From Callorhinchus milii (taxonomy: Eukaryota), in contig NW_024704742.1 in NCBI RefSeq assembly GCF_018977255.1, forward strand, positions 96,102,001 through 96,166,000: a DNA stretch of 64,000 nucleotides. The letters are read 5' to 3'. The position numbers and the translations under genes are program-made. The notes under the pieces were generated by a model. The model had not been told where the DNA came from. It did not search any database and saw nothing but the letters and a program-made list of their open reading frames with translations. This document shows, piece by piece, positions 38,111 through 49,756 of the stretch. How positions within the stretch are numbered: the first letter of the stretch is position 1; each line of letters starts with the position of its first letter.

Positions 38111-38369
38111 ATGACTCTATTAGAATATTAAGTCAAGAATATATGAGACTATATAATGGAAAGGTCAATTTTGCATTACCATTGAGATTTCATATTGAAC
38201 AATTTGGAAGTTTGTGATACCAACTCACTGGAACTCTACAATTCGGATCTATTTTCAGAGCTTTTGGTTACCAGACAAAATCCCCATTTGTAATTAAGAA
38301 ATCCCATTAAAAATACCACAAAATTAACCCAAAGGAGTGCTTTTGGGTATTAATGAAGCAGTAGTGCTA

Positions 38370-38498
38370 GAATAAAACAGGAAAAGAGTAGGGAATTGGG
38401 ATTAGAGTAGTTAGCTTTATTGGATGAGTGAGCATCAGCACTGACTCGATGGGCCAAATGGCCTCCTTCTGTGCTGTAATTTTAATGACTCTATGACC
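38370..38498 (+). mobile_element. CR1 3' terminal fragment
   Basis: GATGGGCCAAATGGCCTCCTTCTGTGCTGTAA..GACTCTATGAC, same as 45050-45100. Confidence 0.8.
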
Positions 38499-38599
38499 CT
38501 AATTGTTGTGATTGGGAAATCTCAAATTAGACAGAGATATAAAGTAATGACAAAAGGTTTTGACAATAAGCTTTAATAACTTTAAGGATTTTGATAGGC

Positions 38600-39005
38600 A
38601 AAAATAGAATACAAATGAGAAAGAAAGGAGGTAGACATATTTTCAGGAACTTGGCAGCTGCAAGAAAAAATTATACTTAATAGAGTTGCATAAAAGTTTA
38701 AAAGGGATTGAAAAAAATCAGAACGATACTTCAGGATGTACAAAGACAGTAGAAAAGAGACAGAAGGACATAGGTTTAGAGTTGCATAGGCCAATTTCTG
38801 GACCGTCACCAGGAAGTTAGAATTTATCCAGAGATAATGACTGGAACAGGTGCCAGGAAAGGTAGTTGAGTCTAGAACTCTGGACTGATTTAAAGCACAG
38901 CTTGATGCTGTAAATGGGGGGGACTAGTAGGGTGGGTGTTCTGGGAGGATGAGATAAAATGGTGGAGCATTCTTAACGGGCTGAATAGCCTCCAATTCCT
39001 GTTTT
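38600..39005 (+). mobile_element. ancient CR1-like ORF2 C-terminus and 3' end
   Basis: Decayed RTEGHRF.., WN..P..VVE..T...FKAQLD motifs and GGGCTGAATAGCCTCC end. Confidence 0.55.
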
Positions 39006-39160
39006 CGTAGAATGAATATTTCAAAGCGTTAACAAATTATGATAGGGACCACCAAGGTCGGAGAAAGAAAAGAAATGAAAGGTTGCTGACCAAAAGCATG
39101 ATGATAAGGCTAATGCCAAAGTTGATGAACGTGACTTTCTTGGTTCTTTATTTAATGAGT

Positions 39161-39587
39161 ATCCCCATCCCTCAAAGGATTGAGTTTAAAATCCTCATCC
39201 TCACTATTAAAGCCCTCCATGCCCTTGCTCCTCCCTACCTTTGCAACCTCTTAACACCATATCAATCTTTCCACTTCCTCAGCTTGATGGGCACTGCCTG
39301 CTCCATGTCCCCCGCCCTGCCATCCCACCATTGGCAGTCGGGCTACTCTCTGAAACTCCATCCCTGGAATCCCTCCGCCTCGCCCCTCCCTGTTCTGCTT
39401 CAAGGTCCATCTCAAGACCTTCTGCTTTGACCCTGTCTTCGGTCACACTCCCATTCCCAACCCCTACCCTCCATCCTTTTCGATTCAAACCCCCAGCTCA
39501 GATGCAAACCATTAATTGTACAGCGTCTTGGGAATTCCTTCCAAAGTGAAAGGCGCTATATAAATGTAATTTGTTTTTTGTTGTTGA
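39161..39587 (+). mobile_element. L2 3' end
   Basis: PIPQRIEFKILILTIKALHALAPPYL, with tail GTGAAAGGCGCTATATAAATGTAATTTGTT..TTGTTG. Confidence 0.88.
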
Positions 39588-40106
39588 GGATGCTGGCAAG
39601 CATAGCCACAGTTGAAGGACAATAGAGAGGACGTATTCATGTACTTTGCAACACAAACAAGTGGGAGAAATGTGAAATTGTAAAACCGATTCTCTGATTT
39701 GAAATTTGGACACAGTAAATCTGTTGTGAGTTACATGAGTAAACCTGAACGAATGTCAAAGGCGTGAAGCTGGAGCTGTTGGAATAAGAAGAGTTACTGT
39801 ATTTGATTGCTGTGCAGTTGTTTGAGTGGTTAACGTTTTTGGCCAAGCACCTTTTGCGGTGTTTATCTGGCAGCATACTTCAGAGCAAGTTTCAAATCGT
39901 AGCTTTGAAGTACCCTGAGGCTGCTGGTGCAAGGATCCCACAGGAGTTACTGTGGAAAGATAGGTGAACATGGCAGCTTAATTGCACACTTCAATGTCCC
40001 ATAAACAACCATGAAATTAATGGCCAATTTTATTTGGGGGATTGTTGACCAGGACATAGGGAGATATTCCCTTCTCTAAACGAGTAGAGAAAATTGCAGG
40101 CATGTT

Positions 40107-40328
40107 TTAACCAATAGTGCTAAAATAGTCCAGATTTTGCCTAGTGGTCACGAACCTTTCCCTTGCCCCAGTTAATATAACGATGAATGAGGGTAGCATC
40201 TGAGGGTAGCATCCATTTTGGTGTCCAGGGTGAAAAGGAGATTGGTGCTTACAGAGGATGTTATTGACTTCAAGGTGGCTAAGAAGCTTCTGAAATAAGA
40301 AGATTTCTAAACATTTCCTGATGTTCAT
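40107..40328 (-). mobile_element. ancient CR1/L2-group RT fragment
   Basis: KCLE....KLLSHLEVNNILCKHQSPFHPGH resembles the K.LE...QL..HL..N.L....QSGFR..H motif. Confidence 0.6.
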
Positions 40329-40849
40329 GATATCCTGAATAGTGCAGCCTGGACTTCGAGACTTTGAACCGGATTTGCATAATGAAATGATGTGCTTTAT
40401 TTTGATTCCCCAGGATTTTTCCAGTTGTAATGCAAAGATTAAAGAGGACTGTCAGGCTGCAGAATTCAGTCAGTAATGCATTTAATCATAACACTATAGA
40501 TACTATCTAGTCTGGAAGGAGAATGGTCTTTGGTCTGGGTGACAGCGTGAAGAACATTTATATATGAAATCGTCACTGAGGAGAAGGGCAAAATATATTT
40601 GCTTTTTGAATTAAGGCAGCAATGTTTTACTAAAAATGTGGTGAACAAATTCACATTTTATTCTGTGGAAGTTTATTTTCAGGACTTAATGTAGCAGATA
40701 ATATGATGTAAAATGCATCGATACCAAATGATTAAGGAACCCTTGGTTTGAAATTGTCTCATTTCAGAATCCAATGCTTAAAAAAGATTCTTTATTTGAG
40801 GAGCATCTACTAACTGCCATACAGAAGCTCTCAGAGTGATTGGACCTCC

Positions 40850-41635
40850 CAACAGCAGCAACTTGCATTTATATACAACAACAGCCTGCATTTATACAGT
40901 GCCCTCCACGCAGGATAGTGTCTCAGAGCTCTAAACAGTGGCGGAGCCTGCCTGCGAGCCAGGGCGGAGAGGGGGAAGGGTGGGGGGAGGTGATCGGAAG
41001 CATGGTCAAAAATGTTTTGGGACTTGAAAAAGAGGAGAGAGGGGACAAGGCAGAGGGATTGACAGAGAGTATTTCAGAGTTTCGGAGCATAGTGGCTGAA
41101 AGTACAACCTCCAATAGTGGAGCCGAGGGTGTGAGGGGTAGGTAGGAGGCTGGTGCCAGTTGAGAGGCACCAGGTGGTGGATTGGGGAGTGAGGAGGTCA
41201 GAGAGCTAGGGAGGTGCCAGGGAGTGAAGGGATTTGAATACAAGTGTGAGAATCTTGAAGTTGATCCATTCGTTGATGGGAGCCAGTGGAGCCTGGCCAG
41301 AACTGGAGAGATGGGGGTATGGAATTTGGTCTGGGTCAGCACGCAGGCAGCAGAGTTCTGAATGAGTTGGATATTTTGAATAGTAGAGCAGAGGAGACTG
41401 GCGAGGAGTGCGTTTGAGTAATCCAGGCAGGAGGTGACAAACGCATGCACGAGAGTTTCGGCTGCATTAGGAGTAAGATACGGTCGGAGGTAGCCAATGT
41501 AATGGAGGTGAAGGAAGGCGGTCCTGGTCAGGGACCGGATGTGGGGGAACGAACGATAACTGGGAGTTGAACCCGATGCCTAGATTGCGCACTAGTTCGA
41601 TGAGTGTGAGGGAGAGCCCAGGGAGGTTAAGCACC
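40850..41635 (-). mobile_element. L2 LINE 3' part, second subfamily
   Basis: HAFVTSCLDYSNALLA..IQLIQNSAA..LARLHWLP. The 3' UTR CAGTGGCGGAGCCTG is shared with 61835-62910. The tail motif TGCATTTATA is duplicated. Confidence 0.9.
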
Positions 41636-41639
41636 TTTC

Positions 41640-42290
41640 ACGTGAGTAGCGGCTCGGAGCTCTTAACAGCAGTGTGGTTTGACACTGAGCTGGAAAGAGA
41701 GGGGATGTGAATGAAGGCAAGCTCAAAGCAGAAAGGTATGATTTGAAAAGGGACAAAGAGGGGACAAGACGGTGGAATTGAGGCAGGGAGTTCCAGAGAT
41801 GTGGGGCACAGTGTCAGAAAATATGCCCACCGATGGTAGAGCAAACAGAATGAAGGCCATGCAGAAGGCCTGAGCCAACTGATCAAAGTTGGTGGGTCGT
41901 GAAATGGGGTTATCAGCAGGTCAGAGAGTTAGACAATGCCAGGGCATAATGTGATTTGAAAGTGAGAGTGAGGATGTTTAAATTCATGTATTTTGCAACA
42001 GGAAGCCATTGGAACCTGGCAAGAACTGAGTGATGGGGTGTGGAGCCTGGTATTAATGAAGTCCAAGTTTTGTTTATTTGGACCTTAGTTTTAGTGAAGC
42101 TGGGGAGATCGGCAAGGAGAGCTTTGGAAAAATCGAGGTGAAAGGTAATGAAAGTAAGGATGAGGGTTTCAGCAGCGTATGATGTAAACAGGGTCAAATG
42201 AGGGGATGCGGTGGAGGTGGAGGAAAGCAGTCGTGGTCAGGAACCAGATGTGGAAGGAGGAAGGAAAACTGGGGAAGGAACCTGATAGCA
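41640..42290 (-). mobile_element. older L2 3' fragment
   Basis: AAETLILTFITFHLDFSKALLADLP..LARFQWLPV..NILTLTFKS. Confidence 0.8.
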
Positions 42291-43776
42291 CATGAAATTG
42301 GAAAAGTGTTAGAATTGGGAGTTCTCAATTTCTCCTAGTACTGAGTTACATAACTATTTGTACGTTCCCCTGCAATTTGGGAATCTCATTTATTGTGCAG
42401 TTGTATCGGTTGGTTGACTGTTTCATAGATTCCTGACTTAACTAGGCTAGGAGAACAGCGCTTTATAAGTTAGGCTTAAAGGATTCACGATATTTGAAAG
42501 CTATTTTCCTAGTCAATCCCGTAAGCATCACACTTCATTTACCTGCAGTTATTTAATGATTGTGCTGATAATAAAGTCCTTTGATTTTTTTTTCTTCTCT
42601 GTATTTTATGTTAAGAAATGAAAACATTTGATAGACAGGTTGAAGGCTATTTAATACTGCCGAGTGTTCAGGAGATCTAAGGTGTTAGGAAGGAGGCATT
42701 GCCAGGGTGTGTGAGTTGGTTAACAATCCGAGCCAGATCCAGATTACCACAAATTCAGGATAACAGAGGATCTTTTGCTTTGCAGTTGAAATCAATATTA
42801 AAGCCCTCTGTGAGTATCATGCTCTTTCCAGAGTCAGATATGTACGAGAGTAGATTCTAGTTTGAACATCAGTAGCAAGGGATATAGCCACCAGCATACC
42901 AGGGTAGATTCATCTTTCATAACTTTCTTTAAATTCTGAGTAACGTAAAGAAACAAGAGAAGTCTGAGCCATTCACTTACTTTTTGCCATTTGCATTACT
43001 TTCCTTTCCTTTTATGAAAGAATAATTTAGCAAGCAGGTAAGCCAAATGCATCCCTGCAATAATTTTAACACTGAATATCAACCCCATTCACAGTAACAG
43101 TCAATCATTGACAATCATTCAGATTCCGTGATTTCCTTTGTAAAATTTTGCCCTTCACAGCCTCCCACCCGCCCAAAATTGTTCACTGATATAATGCAGC
43201 TACATGTCAGCTTCCTTATTTTAACTTTCTGACCCTCCCCCACCCACCCCACCACTCTTCTTCAAAAGAACCAGAGGAGAAATGTTAATCATTATGCACA
43301 TTTTGATGAAGCTTTGCACTCTGCAGTGAGATGTTAGATTGTTGCTAGCTCTCTGGAGTTTTTCTGACAATGTGTTATCAGGTCATGTTTGCACTGACAG
43401 TAGCAGCCCATGCAGGAAACATTAAGTCACATGATTTCTGAGATGGAATAAATCAAGCGTGCAGTACAACATCAGAAAACTAATTTCCACCTTCAAATGG
43501 GGTGGTTATCTAAGCGTCAGACGAGACATTTTTAGCACTGGTACACTTTCTACAGGTTCAGTGCCACAACATGAATGTTAATGAACTTGATTTTTTTTAT
43601 ATGAGACTTAAGATGATTTTCATGATTTTTTGAGCTCAAGCATTATTTCACAGTTATTATGGGTTTGTACTCTGATGGTGGGTTGCAACTAAAATGGCAT
43701 TGTTTAGGTGATGTTCAAATTGGCAATGTATGTGAAACAAACCAGAGCCAAGTACAATATCAGCCCAAGTCACATC

Positions 43777-45311
43777 AGGGAGAAATTCCATCTGAGTCCA
43801 GATTTGTTAAATCTGGATTTGTTATGGATTTGTTAAAGGCAAATCATGTCTACCAAACCTGATAGAGTTTTTTGATGAAGTAATGGAGAGGATGGATGAA
43901 GGTAATGCAGTTGATGTAGTTTATATGGATTTTCAAAAGGCGTTTGATAAAGTGCTACGTAAGAGTCTTGTAAACAAAATAGAAGCTCATGGTGTTAAAG
44001 GGACAGTGGCAGCATGGACACAGAACTGGCTGGGAGACGGAAAGCAGAGACTGGTGGTGAACAGTTGTTTTTCTGACTGGAGGGAAGTGTGCAGTATTAT
44101 CCCCCAGAGATCAGTATTGAGACCACTGCTGTTTTTGATCTATATAAATGACCTGGACTTGGGCATAGGGAGTAAAATTTCCTAATTCGCAGATGATACT
44201 AAGCTAGGAAAAGTAGTAAACAGTAAGGGGGATAGTAGCAAACTGCAGGAGAACATAGACTGGTAAAATGGGCAGACATGTGGCAGATGAAGTTTAATGT
44301 GGAGAAATGCAAAGTGATGCATTTTGGGAGGAAGAATGAGGAGAGGCAATATAAACCGATGGTACAATATTAAAAGGGGTGAAGGAACAGAGAGACCGGG
44401 GGGTTCATGTAAGTAAATCTTTGAAGGTGGCAGGACAGGTAGATAAAGCTGTTAAAAAAGCATATGGGATACTAGGCTTTATAAAGAGGGGCATAGAATA
44501 CAAAAGTCAGGAAGTTATGATGAGCCTTTATAAGGTTAGGCCTCAGCTGGAGACTGTGTTCAGTTCTGGGCATCACACTTTAGGAAGGATGTCAAGGCAT
44601 TGGAGAGGGTGCAAAGGAGATTTACCAGGATGGTACCAGGAATGAGGGACTTCAGTTACCATGAGAGGCTAGAGAGGCTAGGATTATTCTCCTTGGAGCA
44701 GAAAAGGTTAAGAGGAGACTTAATAGAAATTTTCAAAATTATGAGGGGATTCAATAGGGTGAACAAGGAAAACCTATTTCCCTGGCGAGTGGGTCAGTAA
44801 CCCGAGGTCACTGATTTAAAATAGTTGTTAAAAAAAACAGAGGGGAGGTGAGGAGAATTCTTTTTACACAGCGAGTTGTTTGGATCTGGAATGCATTGCA
44901 TGAAAGGGTGGTGGAAGCCGATTCGATAACAGCTTTTAAGAGAGAAATGGATAATTATTTGGAAAGGACAAGTTTGCCTGGCTATGGGGAGAGAATGGGG
45001 TAGTGGGATTGAATTCAATAGCTCTTTTCAAAGACCCGGCACAGACACAATGGGCCGAATGGCCTCCTTCTGTGCTGTATAATTCTATGATTCTATGATT
45101 TACATTGTTTTCTTACAATTTCAGAATATGTAAAAGTCAGCAATCTCTTAAATTCAGTCTTAATCCCGAGGCTGGATTGCGGTAGTTCTTAAAAGAATCT
45201 GTAGGAAACTGGCTTCAGAATTAAGACTGAATTTAGGGATTTGCCGATTTTTATGTGTTCTGAAATGCTAAGAAAATAGCTTTGGTCTGGACCCGGTGTA
45301 ATTTCTCCCCC
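43777..45311. mobile_element. palindromic MITE-like element split by a CR1 (pieces 43777-43802 and 45101-45311)
   Basis: Left end GGGAGAAATTCCATCTGAGTCCAGA pairs with right end TCTGGACCCGGTGTAATTTCTCCC. Arms of ~60 bp lie at 45108-45165 and 45219-45276. Confidence 0.8.
43824..45100 (+). mobile_element. 5'-truncated CR1 LINE
   Basis: GFVKGKSCLPNLIEFFDEV..VDVVYMDFQKAFDKV..PQRSVLRPLLFLIYINDL..FADDTKLG..LERVQRRFTRMVPG..RLRGDLIE. Ends with the CR1 hairpin and (ATTCTATG)2. Confidence 0.96.
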
Positions 45312-46002
45312 ACAATCATTCATGTTAAGACAAAGCTCAGGTGTCCCAATTAACGGAATGATTGAGAATGCAATAAAGTAAGTGCTCGACCCAATGAAAA
45401 CAGCTATGCGAGTGGGCGATTTGCCTTTGGCTGAATAGAATCAACTAGTTAGGTAATGTGTGGATGTGGCTCAGGTTGACTGATTGTGTGATTTGATGAA
45501 GATAACTATAGAGGAGTAGTCAGGTGAATCTGCATGGTGAAAGGAGCACAAAGCACTGATTCTTAGGATTGTTTGCTGTTATTGGGAAATTGAACCATCT
45601 GCTGTGTTGAGAAAATTGGACAAATCTGCTCTTATCAAGGAACTGAATCATCCATTCTCAAGGTGTTGAAGGATTTTAGTACAATGGATCATCTGTCCTA
45701 GAAGAGTTAAGTTGTCTATACTCAAGTATTAGCAGGTGGTTACACAAAGGAGCAGGGGAACAAAAGAAGCTAACAACTTGACCTTGACTCACAGATGCCA
45801 GACTCTACATAAACAGTCTATTTTGTTTGGGGGGGTGTTGAGATCTTTGAGGTAAGTTTCAAATGTTTCAAGTTTTGTGCTGGAATTATAATGTGGTTCA
45901 GGTAAAGGGCAGGGGAAGATTTATAAATCCCCAACTATCGATAGTTCTTTGGAACTTGAACCTATCTAATTTAAGCATGACCAACTGCTGAACCATCACA
46001 AT

Positions 46003-46165
46003 TTCTATTTATTTTTGGTCAGCCAGATGTCTGAGACATGTGGAAACGTATCACTATGGTTAACAGTATCCAAACCAAACTGAGAATTCCATGCATCCCA
46101 CCTCCATGTGGAAATTTCTGTGTATTAGAATGGAATGTGCATCCTCCTTAACCAATTCTGGATAG
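46003..46165 (-). mobile_element. 3' end of the RTE/RTEX-like LINE family
   Basis: TTCTATTTATTTTGGTCAGCC..GTATCCAAACCAAACTGAGAATTCCATGCATCCCACCT. Confidence 0.8.
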
Positions 46166-46433
46166 TATTAGTTGCCGGCTGGTTTCCTTCCCTTAGTGCT
46201 AGTGATTATCATTATTTCTTCCAAGCTACATAGACTGTTACAGCACAGAAACAAGTCATTTGGCCCAACTAGTGTGTGCCAGTGTTTTTCTCCACACAAG
46301 TCTTCATTCCTTCTAATCTCCTCTCCAGTAACCTCTATTCCTTTCTCCCTCATGTAGGGTTCAACTACAGTTAGCCAAGCCATAAATAGAATTTTTAAAA
46401 ATGAAGAATTCATCCAACAGTTTATTTTTTAAC

Positions 46434-46542
46434 AAAACAATTCTGACGAAGAGTCGTGGACCTGAAACATTGACTCACTTTCCTTTCTCCATAGATGCTG
46501 CCTGACCTGCTGAGCGTTCCCAGCAGCTTCTGTTATTGTTTT
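46434..46542 (+). mobile_element. ~110-bp Penelope-like terminal unit carrying a hammerhead motif
   Basis: Colinear with 1708-1807. Flanked by AGTTTATTTTTTAAC (46419-46433) and AGCTTATTTTTAAC (46543-46556). Confidence 0.8.
46439..46475 (+). ncRNA. minimal type I hammerhead ribozyme motif (probably decayed)
   Basis: CUGACGA (46443-46449), stem II AG(A)GUC-GUG-GACCU, GAAAC (46464-46468), then AUU and GACU. Confidence 0.6.
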
Positions 46543-46963
46543 AGCTTATTTTTAACTATCTGTTTTGAAATGTTACACTATGGAGCTTGACAAAGTAAGA
46601 GGTAATTAGATGACAGAGCTGTAATACATGACATGCAGTGATCAAAGTGTTAATGACCAACTCAGTTAAATGTGGTGAAAGTGCATGTCACATTGTTGGT
46701 CAGCAGTGTTAGAACTATGTTAAAGGTTCAGCCAGTAGGAGGGGAATAAACTCTCAGGAGCTGAGGGAGGGAAGGCAAACTGGATAGCTAGCTACACAGA
46801 GAGTGCTAAGATAGCAGGAGGTAGGTTTTAATTAGGGCCAGTTTAAGATTAGAAGTCTGCCGAATAAACACTCCCAAAAATTAAGATGAGGGAATCAGGT
46901 ACAAAGGCAGTTGGTTTATGACCAAATGCGGGAAGAACATTATTCCTTTAATTTGTTATTTTT

Positions 46964-47440
46964 CATAGAAATATAGAAGTTGCCGCACTAAAGGAGGCCA
47001 TTTGGCACATCGTGACTACGTCATCATAGCTCCGCACAGGAGCTATCTTCTCAAATCCCATTTCCCTGCTCTTTTCCTTTATCTCTTCATGTATTCAGTC
47101 TTCAAGTTTTTATCTAATTTTAAATATTATAATTGACTTGACTTCAATAGACAGTTATAGTAACACATTCCTAATAACGTTTTGTGTTTTAAAAAAAAAT
47201 CTAATCTTCCCCCGTTATACCAGTAGCAATGATTCTCTATCCATTTCCTCTAGTTGCTGATTGATTGACTAGTGGACATAATCTTTCAAGATTTGCCCTC
47301 TCGATTCTTTTCATAATTTTGAACACCTCTATAAGATCCCCTCTCACTCTCCTTTGCTCCACTGAATATGAAAGTTGAAAGTTTTAAGACTTTCATCTCA
47401 TCCCTGGTATCATCCCAGTGAATCTAGGCTGTATCCTCTG
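46964..47440 (-). mobile_element. old CR1 3' end
   Basis: CATAGAAATATAGAA..GGAGGCCATTTGGC..CATAATTTTGAACACCTCTATAAGATCCCCTCTC, which reads RGDLIEVFKIM on the reverse strand. Confidence 0.8.
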
Positions 47441-49119
47441 GATGACTCTGAATCTGCACTTCCAGATCTTATTTGTCTGATCCAGTGGGGGCTTCCCCAC
47501 ATTGTGGCAATAGAACAGAAAGCATTGGCAGGATACATAGAGCATAGTGCCTTTTGGTGTATCTAACAGATTGTTACTGGGAGTCCTAGCTTACAATATA
47601 TGGGTTCTCTTGTGATATGGCCAGCAGTTTTATATGTCTCAAGGTTAAGATTATTGTTAAAATGTCTGGTATATAGGTATTTTTATACACTGAAGGCCAA
47701 CATTCATTCGGATGTTAAAAGTGGATTCCATTGTGGAAATGGAATGATTAGTTTTTCATTAATTTTTCATGAACTGTTTAATTAAATAAGTTGTAAAATA
47801 TGCTTCTGGCTCTGTGCCAACTATAACATCTGTCTGACTTCCCAGAGCCACTCCATCCTGCTGACGGCTGGACTGATCAGCCTCTGCTGCCCCAGCCTCT
47901 TCCAGTTGCAAGTCAATCATGCACAGAATGGGCTGTCTCCCTTTGCCTGTTCCGGGCAGAGGGGCAGAAACAGCTGCTTCATGAAGCGCATCGTTCACGC
48001 CTCCGTGAATACACGCTTGCTTGCTTGAGTAAACCAGCTGTACAATTTTCAAATCATGACTGAATCTCTGTTCTAGGCAGTCAATGCAAGACCATTATGC
48101 TGTTACTCCGCAGTGCATACCAACATAAGCATGAGATCTTTTGAGTCACTTTAGTCATCTGCTTTCATTCATGCATTAGAAAGTCACTCAAATGCCTGTT
48201 AAGCTTATTAAGTTATTATAACAAGGTAACTTGACTTAGCTGTGAAATTAGTTTGCACTAAAGTCCTGCAGTGTACAAGAGACGTGTGGTTGCATTTGTT
48301 ACTCTTTCATCTCTTGTTTCATTCCATACAAATGGGTGCTGAGGTCAAATACTAATAGCTTGCTGTAAGCACAGATAACATCACTATGTGTCCCTGCTTT
48401 GAACTATCCAACAGATTCCCAACAGTGCCAGAATCCATCATTTCTTCTTAATGAGACTTAGATGTTGAGATAGTCGGACAATTAGAAAATAAAAGTGGGC
48501 AGCGTAGGGGATATGAATCAGGCAGATTCAATCCTACCTACTCCAGGTCAAATGCTGGGATGTAATGTACTCCACTTTCTATTTTGTATGATTGGAAAGG
48601 AAGAAGTAATTGAAATATTTAATGGTCTGAATGCACTTGGTCGGAATCAAATTTTAGTACAGAACCAAAAACCCTTGATACAGAGTTACTAGGTGTTTAA
48701 GACTTTTTTTATTCCTGATGCTTCCCATTCCAATTAAATGTGACATTATTCCAATGACATCACTCTATTGCTGTCACAATCTTGTAGTGTCAAAATGGAA
48801 CTAAAAAAGTGTGGTATTAAGACTTGCATCTGTCAGAGGAAGCCTCGAGGACTCAGGATTCAAGGATACTCTCAATGCTGAGTGGGGAATCCTTCAGCAA
48901 TTATCAGGGAAACTAGGAATATTAACCTGGGAATTCTGAAGCATCTGTTGGAATAAGACTTCAATGTCAATTATCTGGGGTATCCACTGGAGACAATATG
49001 ATGTGCTGGTTGGGTAATCCCAATGCTTCTATTGAGTAAAGTCTAGAACATCTGTCTGACAATCCTGGAACATCCATTATGAAATGTTCATAATGTAGAA
49101 ACTTATACATATCTTTTTG

Positions 49120-49480
49120 TGGGGCTCCTCTGATGGCCTAATTGGTAAAGGCACTGCCTGATGTAGCACTGAGATTTGTAGAGCAGAACATTACATGTTT
49201 GTCTGTGCTGAGTGGGGAATCCTGCAGCAATTATTAGGTAAACTAGGACTATTACTGATTCTTAATTGATGTTGAAGGCGTCTCCAACAGATGATTCACA
49301 GTTTCCAGAATTCCAGCTGTTCTTATCTGGAGTAGCATTTAGGATGCTACTATTGGCATTTGTGGTCTATGCTGAGAGTCTCAGCCCAGTTTGGCCTCCT
49401 GATCGCTGATCTTCACCCCTGCCAGAAAGTGTGCACATGTGGTTGTCAGGCAAGAACAGAAGTGGATGTGGTGGGGATGA
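49120..49480 (+). mobile_element. LF-SINE/UCON3-like SINE with ~100-bp templated insertion
   Basis: GGTAAAGGCACTGCCTG..GTCTGTGCTGAGT|insert|AGCTG..CTCCTGATCGCT..CCCCTGCCAGAAAGTGTGC. Confidence 0.6.
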
Positions 49481-49549
49481 AGGGATGATGAAATAGGGAA
49501 AAATGGAAAAAATACCTCATTAATAATAATAATTCCTTGAATTTGATAT

Positions 49550-49756
49550 CATAGAATCATAGAATTGTACAGCGCAAAAAGAGGCCATTCGGCCCATCAA
49601 GTTTGTGTCAGCTCTTTGAATAGAGCAATTACTTTCAATCCCACTGCCCAGCCCTTTCCTCATAACCCTGCAAACCCATCCTCCTCAAATACCCATCCAC
49701 TGCGTTTTTAAAAGTAGTTATCGAATCGGCCTCGACCACCCTTTCAGGCAATGCAT
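49550..49756 (-). mobile_element. CR1 3' end inserted into a SINE tail (49520-49900, -)
   Basis: CATAGAATCATAGAATTGTACAGC..GGCCATTCGGCCCAT; reads LPERVVEADSITTFKNAVDGYL on the reverse strand. Confidence 0.88.

Noticed and set aside
42652..42675. TAATACTGCCG, matching the start of miR-200-family sequences
   Set aside because: The match stops at 11 nt and there is no complementary 5p arm or hairpin.
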